DNA of 64,000 nt. Source: Podarcis bocagei. Its lineage: Eukaryota. The notes under the pieces are model-generated. The model saw only the letters and a list, made by a program, of their open reading frames with translations, made no database searches and was not told where the DNA came from. Shown here in pieces: positions 23,331 through 34,375 of this stretch. Position numbers and translations under genes: made by a program. The stretch is taken from NCBI GenBank assembly GCA_964188305.1, contig OZ076885.1. One strand, given 5' to 3'. Numbering within the stretch: position 1 is the stretch's first letter; every line of letters starts with the position of its first letter.

Positions 23331-26300
23331 TATATATAGATGCCTTTATAAATAAATACATTTCAAATTGAAGCATGTAAGAATCATGATGCAAGAATAC
23401 ACATTCTTACAAAATTACATTAAAAAACAACAACCAAGGGGAAGTGTCACAAGCAAGTATGAAACGCAAGTCCAGTCCAATGGATTTTGTTAAGGTTCCA
23501 ATGTAGCTTTCAAAGTCCTAAACAAAAACAAGCTGCAGAGCTCTTTGAAAATTAGCCTTTTATTAATATGTTTGAAAAGGGAAATACATGGAGTTCCACA
23601 AACATCCTGAGATCAGCCTAGATCTACAATATAATGAAGATGTGTTTATTTGCATTATGTCACTCTAAAAGTGTGATGGAATTGGGGAGGGGGGGTATTC
23701 AGAATTTGACAAATATACTACAGTTCAAACATAACCATTGTTGGAAAGTCCAGATTTCCTCTCTAAATTTAATACATTTAATTCATTGGGTTTTACTGCA
23801 TCCCAACTTCACTATGTGATTAAAAAAAAAATCAGCACAAAATTCATTCTTTGCAGTAATATACAAAGCCCCCTTCCCATTCCAACTTGTTTCAGCTATC
23901 TGTGATTAGAAAGGGTTGTAATACCTGCCATTTTGAGTGGAAGAAGCTGTAGGGCAAGGAGAAATGAGCTGACAATAATAAGATCAACAAAAGATAGAGT
24001 TTCCCACTAACCTAATGTGTGGTGGCAATATCAGATTTTGTTAGCGAATACCTGCAAACTGATATTGTAGTCAGATCTAGTGCTTGGATCAGACTTCCAA
24101 TACTGTCTTGCAAAATAATGGAGGTATGCATGGTTTTTATCATTTTCAAAGTGAATATACCCATGCTTTTTTCTTGTATCTGTCAAAGCCTATTCATTAT
24201 TTCCCTGTAGTTCTCATTGTCTGGCTAGAAATATGGCTACGTGTGTCTTTTCAGTTACAAAAGTTATGAGTTTTTATGTGGAATATTACATTACTTGCAG
24301 ACATTGAGTAACAAATACTTCCCATCTTCAAAATCTTTCACTGTTGATCACAAAAGGTTTGTGGCATCATTTACAGGACTAGAGAGGCATAACACAAAAT
24401 CTTCCCTCTTGGTGGTGGATATACCAGCAAACCCAAATGTCAAAGATGAAACCTGTAAGGTTTATGTTTTACTGCAAATTGGAAAGGTTTAGTCATAGTT
24501 TGAAAGACAGAATTCAGATTTCTGCTAAATTGAGTATAAATCTATCACATTTGAATCTTTTAAAAAGCAGGCAAAAAAAAAAAAAGAATACTGAAAGATA
24601 TTGATATTTACAAATAATCTATTGCATTGTCCAGTTCCATGATGTTGGCAGTAGATCTTGAGCCTTCTCAGTGACTTAAGAATCTGCTTTTCCATGACAA
24701 TTTTCTTCACAGGTAGAGAAGTTAACTGTGATGCCTATAAACACCATTGCCCTGATCCAGCTATCCCTTGTGGGCACAAGGGCTCTGATCTCACCCAGCC
24801 ACAGGATCTTCTCCATTCACTTCAGTGGTCGAGGCATCTCTGGTATCACATGCATAGAGATATGCACATAGATCTTTTCCATCCACTGCTGTGATTTGAG
24901 AAACCCACACATGCAGGGGCTCCTTGTGCACATTGCAGCACACACGGGACTCTGGTTCAGGAAGCGTCTCTGCATTTAACTAGATGTGCTACATTAAAAG
25001 CCATTTTCCTTTTCCCATATACCATTCTAAACCACATTATTAAGAGATGAATATGCTCTACATATCTAATTACAATCTCTAATTTCAACACTCTGCATGG
25101 GTGGAATTGTCTGTAGAAAATTATTGAGGTGACTGTATTGAGTTGGTAACTAATGGGCTAGTTTCTCTTTCTTCCTAAAGCAGTTTGCAATGCAGGTATT
25201 TTGTATTTAATTCTAGAAAAATCAGTTGGGAAGTATGATGCCTTTCAGACTTCAGTTGTCGGACATGATGAAAAAAAGAAATTGGTGGGCAATGGAGTCT
25301 CTTCCAGTTGTTACATAACTTTTTATGTATGCATATATGCTGAGTATCCAGGGCCCTGTGGTTAGGATGAATATTTTTCTAACTTTGCTTTGATAATCTA
25401 AATGTTAAAAAAACAGCACTGCATATATATAATCTGACTGCATTCTCTGAACATTGATACTGAAGGTGTGGCAAAGAAAGAATATAGGACTATTTTTTAT
25501 AGTATAAGGTTGGCTCTTATTCCAAGTGTGGAGGATGAATTGATGTGTGATCTTAGATCAGTAAAATGACTCAGTTTCAACATAAATACAAAGGGATGAT
25601 ACCCATTGTATAATGCTATAATCCAGTTGTTGCCTAACTCTAGATTTGAACATTCCTCTTGCATCTTAAAAGGAAATCACTTGTATCGATTGCTTCTATT
25701 TTGGTTTGTGTTTGTAATTTGTCGCATTTTGCATTGTGCCGATTGGATCCAAATTTTCCTGTGCTACAAAGGGTAGAGATAAATTTTGTGTGGTTGGCCT
25801 CTATAGCACACGTAAAACTGAGGGCTGGTTCTCTTCATAACCTTGTCCGTGACGGGCTGCTTTTATTTATCCAGCTCAGATTAGTTTTCCTACCTTTTGT
25901 CCATAGTGAAGTGGTCCTACTATGACTTTGAGATCACAGTTTGATGGCCATCACTCAAACATACTCTTTGAACATTTGTGGCAAACAGTAACACCATCTG
26001 AGTTTGCGGTCAAAATGTTTCATGACTACTTCCTCATAGGCAAATGCAGGAAAATAGTACTCCAGAGTTTAGAAAGTGGTTTGCTACTAACAACGTGGCC
26101 ATGAGAATTAGCCCTGAGATATTAATTGCCAGGCTTATAGCAAAGTTTCTAATGAAGATTTGAAACTTGACTCATTGGACCTAAGTATGATTCATTTAAC
26201 ATTTAGAAGTCCATAGAAAATTAAGTATTTGCATATTTAAGAGACTTTAAAAAGTGATGTTATAACAGTGCCAAATCGTTTTGTCTAATAGCCTGACATC

Positions 26301-26742
26301 AGGAATAGGTTACAAAGTAATAGCATAAAGAGCACTTAAAAATACCTATTATTGTCTAAAATTTCATTAGCATTCTAGTGACTACTGTGTGGAATAGTGC
26401 TCTGCAGGTGTAAAATTTCTAAAGGTTTTCTTTCCATTTCTATATAGATATTTTCCCTTCACATTTTGAAGGTTTGAAGAAGAGGATTGTTTTTCGAGTC
26501 ACACTAAGTAAACATTAAATGCATGCAGGCTTAAAACTAAAGCATGCATGTTACGCAGCAACAATAAAAGTGCTCGGCTTGCACGACTTACGATGCTGAA
26601 GCATTGCCTTGTTAAATTGCCAAAATCCCCTTTTTATTTGCATCTTTAAAAAAAGTTAAACTCTTAATTTCACATTGCATTATTTAGATTTTCAGTCTTT
26701 GGACAAATTAGATTTATTTTAGCAAATATTTCTGTGTTACAG

Positions 26743-26873
26743 ATAAAGTTGATGAAATAGTACCAGTTTCCAAGCCATCAAGAATTCCAGACAATGCAGC
26801 CGTGGACTCAAGAGTGGCAACAATTAAACAACGACCTTCCAGCAGATGCTTTCCCTCGGCTACAGATATGAAT
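26743..26873 (+). CDS. SHANK2: SHANK2 exon (D)KVDEIVPVSKPSRIPDNAAVDSRVATIKQRPSSRCFPSATDMN, 131 nt, phase 1-0
   Basis: gttacAG acceptor, GTGAGT donor. RVATIKQRPSSRCFP is characteristic of SHANK2. Confidence 0.95.
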
Positions 26874-28845
26874 GTGAGTAATGGCTCTTGTAAATGTACT
26901 TAAGAGTTCTGATATTTTGACTAAATTAAGATCTGTCCAGATTCCTAATAGTAGAGGATAATCCCCCAAGCTTTCCTTTTCTTTTTGCACACTTATCCTT
27001 AATTCTTCTGACTTGTGTCCATGATCACCTTCTGGAATGACACTCCTCACTGTAACGGATTAAGATTTATTTCCTGGGAAAATTTACTTGGAAGTTAGTC
27101 CCATTGAAGTAAATGAGAGGCACCTCTAGAAGTGTGATATATTCATTTTCTATAAAATTACACCTTTGTTACACCATATTCTTGAACTGGATCCATAGCA
27201 ATGGTATATTCAAATGCCCTTTTAATAGCTAATTTCCAGAGTTTGAAATCAACATCAAAACCTTTCTCATGATTTATTGTAATGGTGCAATGGGACTGTA
27301 TCTAGATATGAAGTAGATCAAAATATTGAATCAGATCTTGTCCCAGAATCACACATAATGAACTTAAAGGTCTTCCTAACCCCAGAGTCGTCCGCGACTG
27401 GACCTAACGGTCAGCGATCCCTTTACCTTTTTCACAGTGCAGTATGGTGTGTTTCTTTTCCTTCCCATCAGAAATGTTGCTCAGACCAAGAAATATGTTC
27501 TGTCCAGGATGACAAATTTGCCACCTATTTCACAAATACTATCATTCATAGAATTTGATATGACTTTAGAAGCTCTTAGTTCAAATACCACGACTAGTGC
27601 GGAAGGCTCTGCTTTGTACAAGTTGTGTGCATCCGCTACTCTTGATTCCCTACCTACTGAAGCAGAAAGAATTAGGGGAGAAACTGACCTGCTGTTAGTT
27701 GGATTGCTGTGTGTTCTGGTTGGTGATGGACAGCATACAGGAAGTAATGACCTCAGCTGGGTGGAATAATAAATATTCTCCTCCTCAGGGAAGACATGCC
27801 AAAGAAATATGAAACTTCTGATTGTCTTGCTCAGCTCTGGCTTTGATACTTCTAGCTAGTCTAAAGTTTTCCCTTTTTCAGTAAGCTTTTGGGATAGCAG
27901 TTTATTTCAATGTATAAAGATACGGTTTCTGAACTGTATCTCCTTCAATCACAGTTTGCAGGACAAAAGATGGCATTAAATCCTGTGGCTCCTAGTAACA
28001 CTTCAGGAACTTCTGATTCTGTGCTTTTTAGGTGCTTGAGGCAGATGTTTAGCTTTTCCCAGAAAGTAAAGTGCCAGAGGACAGAAGCATAATCTCTTGA
28101 GAATATTTTTGAAGAATTGAGACTGTCCACCTGTCCACCTCAATTTATCATCCCCAACCCATTGTTTAAAAAAAAATCTTTTTAATTTTAAATTTCTTTA
28201 GAAAAGTTATACCCCAGTCTTCAGCCAAAAAGGCTCCTGGAGTGGCTTGCATACAATCAAGATAGTCCCTGTCTGTCAGCTTACAACAAAAAAGAAACAG
28301 CACAGAAGGAAAAGTGTCCAGGGGGTGAAGGGTGGGGAAACTCAGAGGCCAATTCTTAAAGTTTAAATAGTAGTTATTATCATGACAAGGCGGAATGGAA
28401 TCAGTTTAGGGACAGGCAGTGTCTGATAGAGCTGGCCTTTCAGTAAAGCTATGGAATGAACCCCACTTCTTATCTCTCTCACTGTTCATTTGCAAAATAA
28501 TCATTTTCACTTTTATTCTCTATGCACTACTTATGCCTTATAAAATTATTTATGTTATTCAGTGGTCTTGTTGCTTCTCGTGTAAAATTCCAGCTGTTTA
28601 GCATCTGCTTCCTCTAGGAACCTTTTTTTACTTTGGGGGGGGAGTTGGGGAGTGGAGACGGGCTTTCTTCAGATGTGCTGTATTCTTCTTTCAGGAGGAA
28701 AATAGATGCTGATACATGTGCTGCTTTTATTTGTGAGTTTTGTTTTGTTTTTAAAGAAAAGAATTGAGTCTAGGTTCTGGACTGGAGGACAGTCCCAAAT
28801 CTATAATTAAAATGAAAAAAAATGTGAATTTTTGAGTAAAGCTCA

Positions 28846-28885
<40 letters not shown>
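28846..28885. repeat. Compound (GT)n(GA)n microsatellite
   Basis: Seen directly. Confidence 0.9.
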
Positions 28886-29139
28886 AATGAGGAGACAGGT
28901 TGCATTTTAAATTGAAAAGTGCTTGCAAATTCAGGAGTGTGAGCCACTGCAGTGGAAACAAAAGAAACCTCTAGCTGTGTGCATAGTTTTCGCACATACT
29001 TGCACATAAATTTGGTCTTACAAATTGCCTGTTAACTGCTAGTTAGCTGTTGGTGTGCTGCATTCAGCATTTTTCTGAAGGTATCTGTAGTATTGTATGT
29101 GACCCTGGCTCATGTTTTGTCCCACTCCAAATAACAATA

Positions 29140-29369
29140 CTGTGGAACCTTGGGTTACGTACCGTCCTCCTTACGTACACTTCGGGTAATGAGCTCTGGT
29201 AACCCAGAAGTAGGTCTCCTGGTAGCAAACTTTGCCCCAGGATGCGAGTGGAAGTCACGCAGCGGCAGCGGGAGGCCCCATTAGCGAAAGTGCGCCTCAG
29301 GATAAGAACGGTTTTGGGTTCAGAACAGACCTCCAGAACAAATTAAGTTCATAACCAGAGGTACACCAG
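29140..29369. mobile_element. Tigger-like (Tc1/mariner) MITE, TA-flanked
   Basis: TA|CTGTGGAACCTTGGGTTAC ... ATAACCAGAGGTACACCAG|TA degenerate TIRs; CpG-rich interior. Confidence 0.75.
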
Positions 29370-29371
29370 TA

Positions 29372-29599
29372 CAGCCAAAAACATAAGACCCACGCTCGCG
29401 TTGCGAATGTGATCCGTGCAGGAAGCACGTTTGCAACGCACAGCACCGTGTCTGCGCATGCGCAAAGCGCGATTTAGCACTTATGGGCATTCGCAAACGC
29501 CGAAACCTGGAAGTAACCCATTCCGGTACTCCTGGGTTCGGTGCAGTGTGCAACCTGAAATCGCGCAACCCAAAGCGTCTGTAACCCGAGGTATGACTG
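29372..29599. mobile_element. Second Tigger-like MITE abutting the first at a shared TA (left TIR degraded)
   Basis: Right end GTAACCCGAGGTATGACTG|TA; CpG-rich interior with palindromic TGCGCATGCGCA. Confidence 0.65.
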
Positions 29600-29608
29600 T
29601 ATAAAAAA

Positions 29609-29785
29609 CAGTATGGTGTAGTGGTTAAGATCGGGTGACTCGTAATCTGGTGAAGCGGGTTCTCGTCTCCGCTCCTCCACATGCATCTGCTGTGTGACCT
29701 TGGGCTAGTCACACTTCTCTGAATTCTCTCAGCCTCACTCACTTCACAGTGTTTGTGGTGGGGGAGGAAGGGAAAGAAGATTGAG
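29609..29785 (+). mobile_element. Squam3-like tRNA SINE (3'-truncated)
   Basis: A-box TGGTGTAGTGGTTAAG, B-box-like GGGTTCTCGTC, body TGACCTTGGGCTAGTCACAC...CTCAGCCTCAC. Confidence 0.75.
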
Positions 29786-31312
29786 GTCAATGTGTTGTGG
29801 ACTGTTGAGGTCACCTGAGAAGACTAGTGAGGTCTTCTAATAGAAGACGTTATCCTTTCACAGTATACCTTAGGTTGTTATCTCTTTATTACTCCCTGTA
29901 AAAGAACAAGGAAAACAAGTTTCTAGTTCTGTTCTGTGGTTTCTGAATAAATGTGATTGTATTGTATTGTAGAGTGTTTCCTTTTCCTGCTTATTCTTGG
30001 GTGCACTGCTAAACTTCCTTAGTCCGGGAGCTCTGACTCTTTGCTTGATGTCAACACAAGTGGCACATACCAAGGTGCAGACAAGAAACTGTCATGCAGG
30101 CCTAGTATAAGAAGAGACCCTTGGAGGGACACATTCTGCGGTCTTGTGCTATACTCTTGTCCAACAGTTTGTACCACCTGGCCAGTCCTCTGTGGATATG
30201 ACCTCAATTCCCATACCTTTTCCTTAAGGAACCATGTATATCAAGGCATCACGGGGACTTAACAATATGCTTCTGTTTCTTCCGGGGGGGGGGGGAGATT
30301 GTTCATACCAGAGCTGAATACTAGCACATTGTGGCTGTAGACCTGTTGATTTCTGGATAGCATGTTATGGCTTACTTATTTATATTCCTTTTCCTACCTT
30401 GAGATGTTTAGGAGAGGTGTGCAGGATAATTGATCTAATAATTGATCTCAGACACAAGTCAGGGTTTTGAAAGGTGCCTTACCTGCTCTACATTAATGGC
30501 TTCTACTCTCAGTTCTTACTTTGCAATATTCTGGTCACCTATGTGTACGGTAGCACATACCACCATTTGAAGAAGATAACAATCATTTCCTATAAGTGCT
30601 TTTCTTCAAAGGGGATGTCTGTTCTTAGACATACTGTAGTCCAAAAATCCATTTGGTACCATTAGCCAGGTTTTCCTTCATCCCAGTTGTCCGGTTCTGA
30701 ATAGATCCTTCCCCTACCTATGTTTAACTTTGCTACTGCAAGTGACTGAGGGAGGGCCTCTTGCAACACCTGATGCCACTATGAAAGGTTTTGTGAGCCA
30801 TCATATGTGGCAGACAGGTATGGACAGCTCTGGAAGAAGATCAGTTGTAAGAAATAAACTTGTGATCCATAGAAATGGCTTTCTCTTTTGCCAGTTGAGT
30901 ACAAATATAAAACCTTCCATAGCAAAAGCTCATAGTTCACTAGTTTATCAAACCTTCCTTTTTGTGCTGCCGTTTTCCTGTGTAATATAGAAATAATCTG
31001 CTCAATTTCCCAAATATCCAATGAAACAAATATTTTGGATTTCTCAAAATAATGGCCAAATTGTGTAGAGTATAATGTATTTTTTCCAAATTGTCACTTA
31101 CTATTTGCAGTGAATAGCAAAGCTATGGCCAAGTTGACATGTTTCTTTGAATTGTAGCATGTATTTTGCCACTACCTCCTGTAAATGTTACCGTTCTGCA
31201 CCAGTAACATATAATTCATCTGCCTAGGCCAAATTACATCATTACCAACCACACTATTCACATCTGCCCCAATCACCAGCATGCAATCTGTCCCTCTTGA
31301 CATGGTCAGGAA

Positions 31313-31347
31313 TAGAGATAGATATAGAGATAAAGATAGAGATAGAT

Positions 31348-31394
<47 letters not shown>

Positions 31395-31400
31395 GATAGA
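31313..31400. repeat. (GATA)n tetranucleotide microsatellite
   Basis: Seen directly. Confidence 0.95.
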
Positions 31401-31531
31401 ATGGCATGAAAGTGACAATGAAGACATGGAACCATACTGCCCAAGGTATTGTGTAAACCAGGCCTATATGTGAGAATGAAACAGAACTTTAAATTATGGT
31501 ACAATTATTTTTTCTTTTTGTTTTTTTGTAG

Positions 31532-31643
31532 TCTATGTATGAGAGACAAGGGATTGCTGTGATGCCACCAACAGTCCCTGGGAGTTCCCAAGGCCCGTTT
31601 CTGGGTGTACCACGAGGTACCGTGAGAAGACAAAAATCAATAG
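31532..31643 (+). CDS. SHANK2: SHANK2 exon SMYERQGIAVMPPTVPGSSQGPFLGVPRGTVRRQKSI(G), 112 nt, phase 0-1
   Basis: Long polypyrimidine tract plus TAG acceptor, GTAAAA donor. Homologous to SHANK2 SVYERQGIAVMTPTVPGSP...RRQKSI. Confidence 0.95.
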
Positions 31644-31772
31644 GTAAAATGAAACTTTCTACAAGTGACGTTTCATTATTTTCAACAATTGTTTACAGTG
31701 TTTGTTTCAAATGCATTTGTTCATGGGTTGATTTTGAGTCTTGATCAAATAGCCATTGCGTGAGAACATACT

Positions 31773-32190
31773 GGCCCGTTCACATGTCATACTGAACCAT
31801 AAAATAAGCTGTACTTTAATGTGAGAGAGTAGCATGCAAATGCATGTTTGAGAAATGGCAGGTATTTTGCTCCTCCCCCACTGCTCCTGCTGCTGCCGCA
31901 TTGCTGTGAAACAAGATGTGGTTTTGCTTCTCAAGTTCATGGTTTATTTTTATCCAAACAAACCATGAGCAGAAGCCAAGGTTTGTTATTGGCTTACCAC
32001 TTTGGGGAAAACAAATTATGAGTCCAGGTTTAGACAACATGACATACCAGACCATGGCTTGTTTCGCGGAAGCACAGCATGAGCAGCGGAAGAGCAAAGC
32101 ATCTCTGCTTTTTAGAAGCATGCAGCAGCACATTCACATTAAACCATAGCTAGTTGTAACTAAGATATCATGTGACATGTGAACCAGGCC
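31773..32190. mobile_element. MITE with TIR GGCC-(G)TTCACATGTCA (possibly PIF/Harbinger-type)
   Basis: GGCCCGTTCACATGTCA ... TGACATGTGAACCAGGCC inverted termini. Confidence 0.6.
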
Positions 32191-32193
32191 AGT

Positions 32194-32700
32194 CAGTGGC
32201 AGAGGAAGCTGCTCGGGCACTCGGAGCGGCAAACATGATGTGCACCCGGGGGCGGGGCGTCGCCACATAGCACACATGTGCGGCATCGCTACGTACGACG
32301 CATGCGCCCTACGTAGCGACACCGCACAAGCGCACTACGTAGCAGTTTGCTGGCGGCAGGGTCCCGGGATCCTCTGCTCGCGGCTGCAGCCGCGAACGGA
32401 GGATCCTCTACATGCGGCTGCAGCCGCCACAGAGGATCCCGGCCAGCAAAGCGCTAGGTGCCGCCACAAAACCGCTACATAGCACACATGTGCGCAAGCG
32501 CACTACATAGCGGTTTGCCGGCAGCACAGTGTCGGGATCCTCTGCTCGTGGCTGCAGCCGCATGTAGAAGGTCCTTCATTCGCAGCTGCAGCAGCGTGAT
32601 GGCTGCTTGCGCCGCCACGGTGGGGCACTGCCTTGTCACCCCTGGAGACGTGGCACCGGGAGCACACCGCCCCCACTGCTCCCCCATTGCGACACCGCTG
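32194..32700. mobile_element. Young GC/CpG-rich hAT non-autonomous element with exact 8-bp TSD AGGCCAGT
   Basis: AGGCCAGT at 32186-32193 and 32701-32708; termini CAGTGGC.../...ACCGCTG; internal direct and inverted repeats. Confidence 0.9.
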
Positions 32701-34375
32701 AGGCCAGTGTCTGTCAATAACATTGGCTGAATATTGCAACTGGAATTTGTGCTCTTTGAAATATACAATTTCTTAAGTAATTCATATTTTTTTTAGCTTG
32801 TTTATTTCAAATATTTATTTACTGCTTAATATCAGAATTTCTTAGCATACAAAATGCATTTATAAATTAATAAGTAACAAAGTAACCAACAGCAGACAAT
32901 CCCTATAAAGTATGGTAAAATCCAAACCAAATTTAATACGCATTTAAATTTTATGTTTATTGAATCAAAAGCATCTACTTTTGCACATTTGAAAATGTTT
33001 TAGCATTCTGATTTCCATGTGTAGAATTTTGTATATATCACAATGCCAAATTCGTACTACAAAAAGAACAATAATTTTTAAAAAGACTATATTGGTAAAA
33101 GTTACTCAGAAGTTAGTTTTAAATGCAATCATTCTTCTTTGCTTTATAATTGTGTTTTATAATCTGTGTATATGTGATAAGATGGTATTTTTGTTTAAAA
33201 TAATTACAGAAAGCTTTAGTAAAATATATATTAATTGGTCCATTTTGCTGTAGAAGTATTTGGTTGTACAATGAGGAAGTTAAACAGAGTCAACATATGT
33301 TTTATGGAAATGTATTTTTCTGCAAAATGATGTTGTTTTAGTCATATTGGAAACTTAGTCAAAGGTCTTATTCCCCACAATTTCAATTGCTATTCTTGCT
33401 GTAATAGCAATGGCAAGCAGAGACCGAAAAGATACATTTAACACCAAACTTTAATTAGAGCAGGTTGCAATATGGGAGTTAAAGCTGAGAGGCAACGTTT
33501 TTCTTGTCCTTTCTTCTCCTTTATGTTTGAAGGGATATTCTCTTCCCTGGTGAAATAATGAAGTTATTCTTTGCAACTCTCTACATAAAAATAGTTACGG
33601 GAAATACAGTGAAAGAAATGTATATTATCAACTATTGCAAGGAATAGCAATCAGCCCATAGCTTAGATAGACCCTTTTGCTGCTGTTGTTTCATCCTGAA
33701 CACAAACCAGCAAGCCAGCTATATTAATTATTACTTCAGAGACTTTCTGTGTAAGGAGAGCATCTCTTTGCTCTGTCTGTACCAGGAAGTACCACAAGTA
33801 GCTTGTGAAGCCATTGCCTCATGCTGTGACCTGCCCTGGTTAGTGCTTCACGTCTAGCTTTCCAGCATGAAATCTAGCACCTCATACAACAGGTAGCAAT
33901 CTCACTCCAAAGTTACATATGTTTGTTTGGAAGGTTGTTTCACAATGCCTCTCAATCCACTCTCTTTACCCATGTAGAAACATTGTTTTAGCATGTTTCA
34001 TGCATGGCCACCTATTCACAAATGCCAACATGCATACATTTATTTATTTTTAAGCTTTCCTTTCCTTTCTTCTTCCAGTCTCTCACAGCTTTTGGCTGAT
34101 AACTTCCTTTTATGCACAGTTCATAAAAAACATTAGGGATGCACAATTCTCTGTGCACATATGTAAGAAAATGCTGGAAGATCAGCATAGGGACACTGAG
34201 GCAAGCCAAAATGTAAACTGAAGATCTAGTTGCAGACATATTCTAAAACCAAACCATGCATAGTAATATATAATACAGTATTTTCTGTACCTGGTTTACT
34301 ATGTCTTTGGTGACAATGGATGATAATTAAAATTCAAGAGCAATTTAAAAATTGTAGCTTGTGATTTTTTTAAAG

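Noticed and set aside
29320-32768. GC-rich ORFs at 29320-29814 and 32134-32768 (also 49164-49572)
   Set aside because: They lie inside non-autonomous MITEs and SINEs and are open because of GC content.
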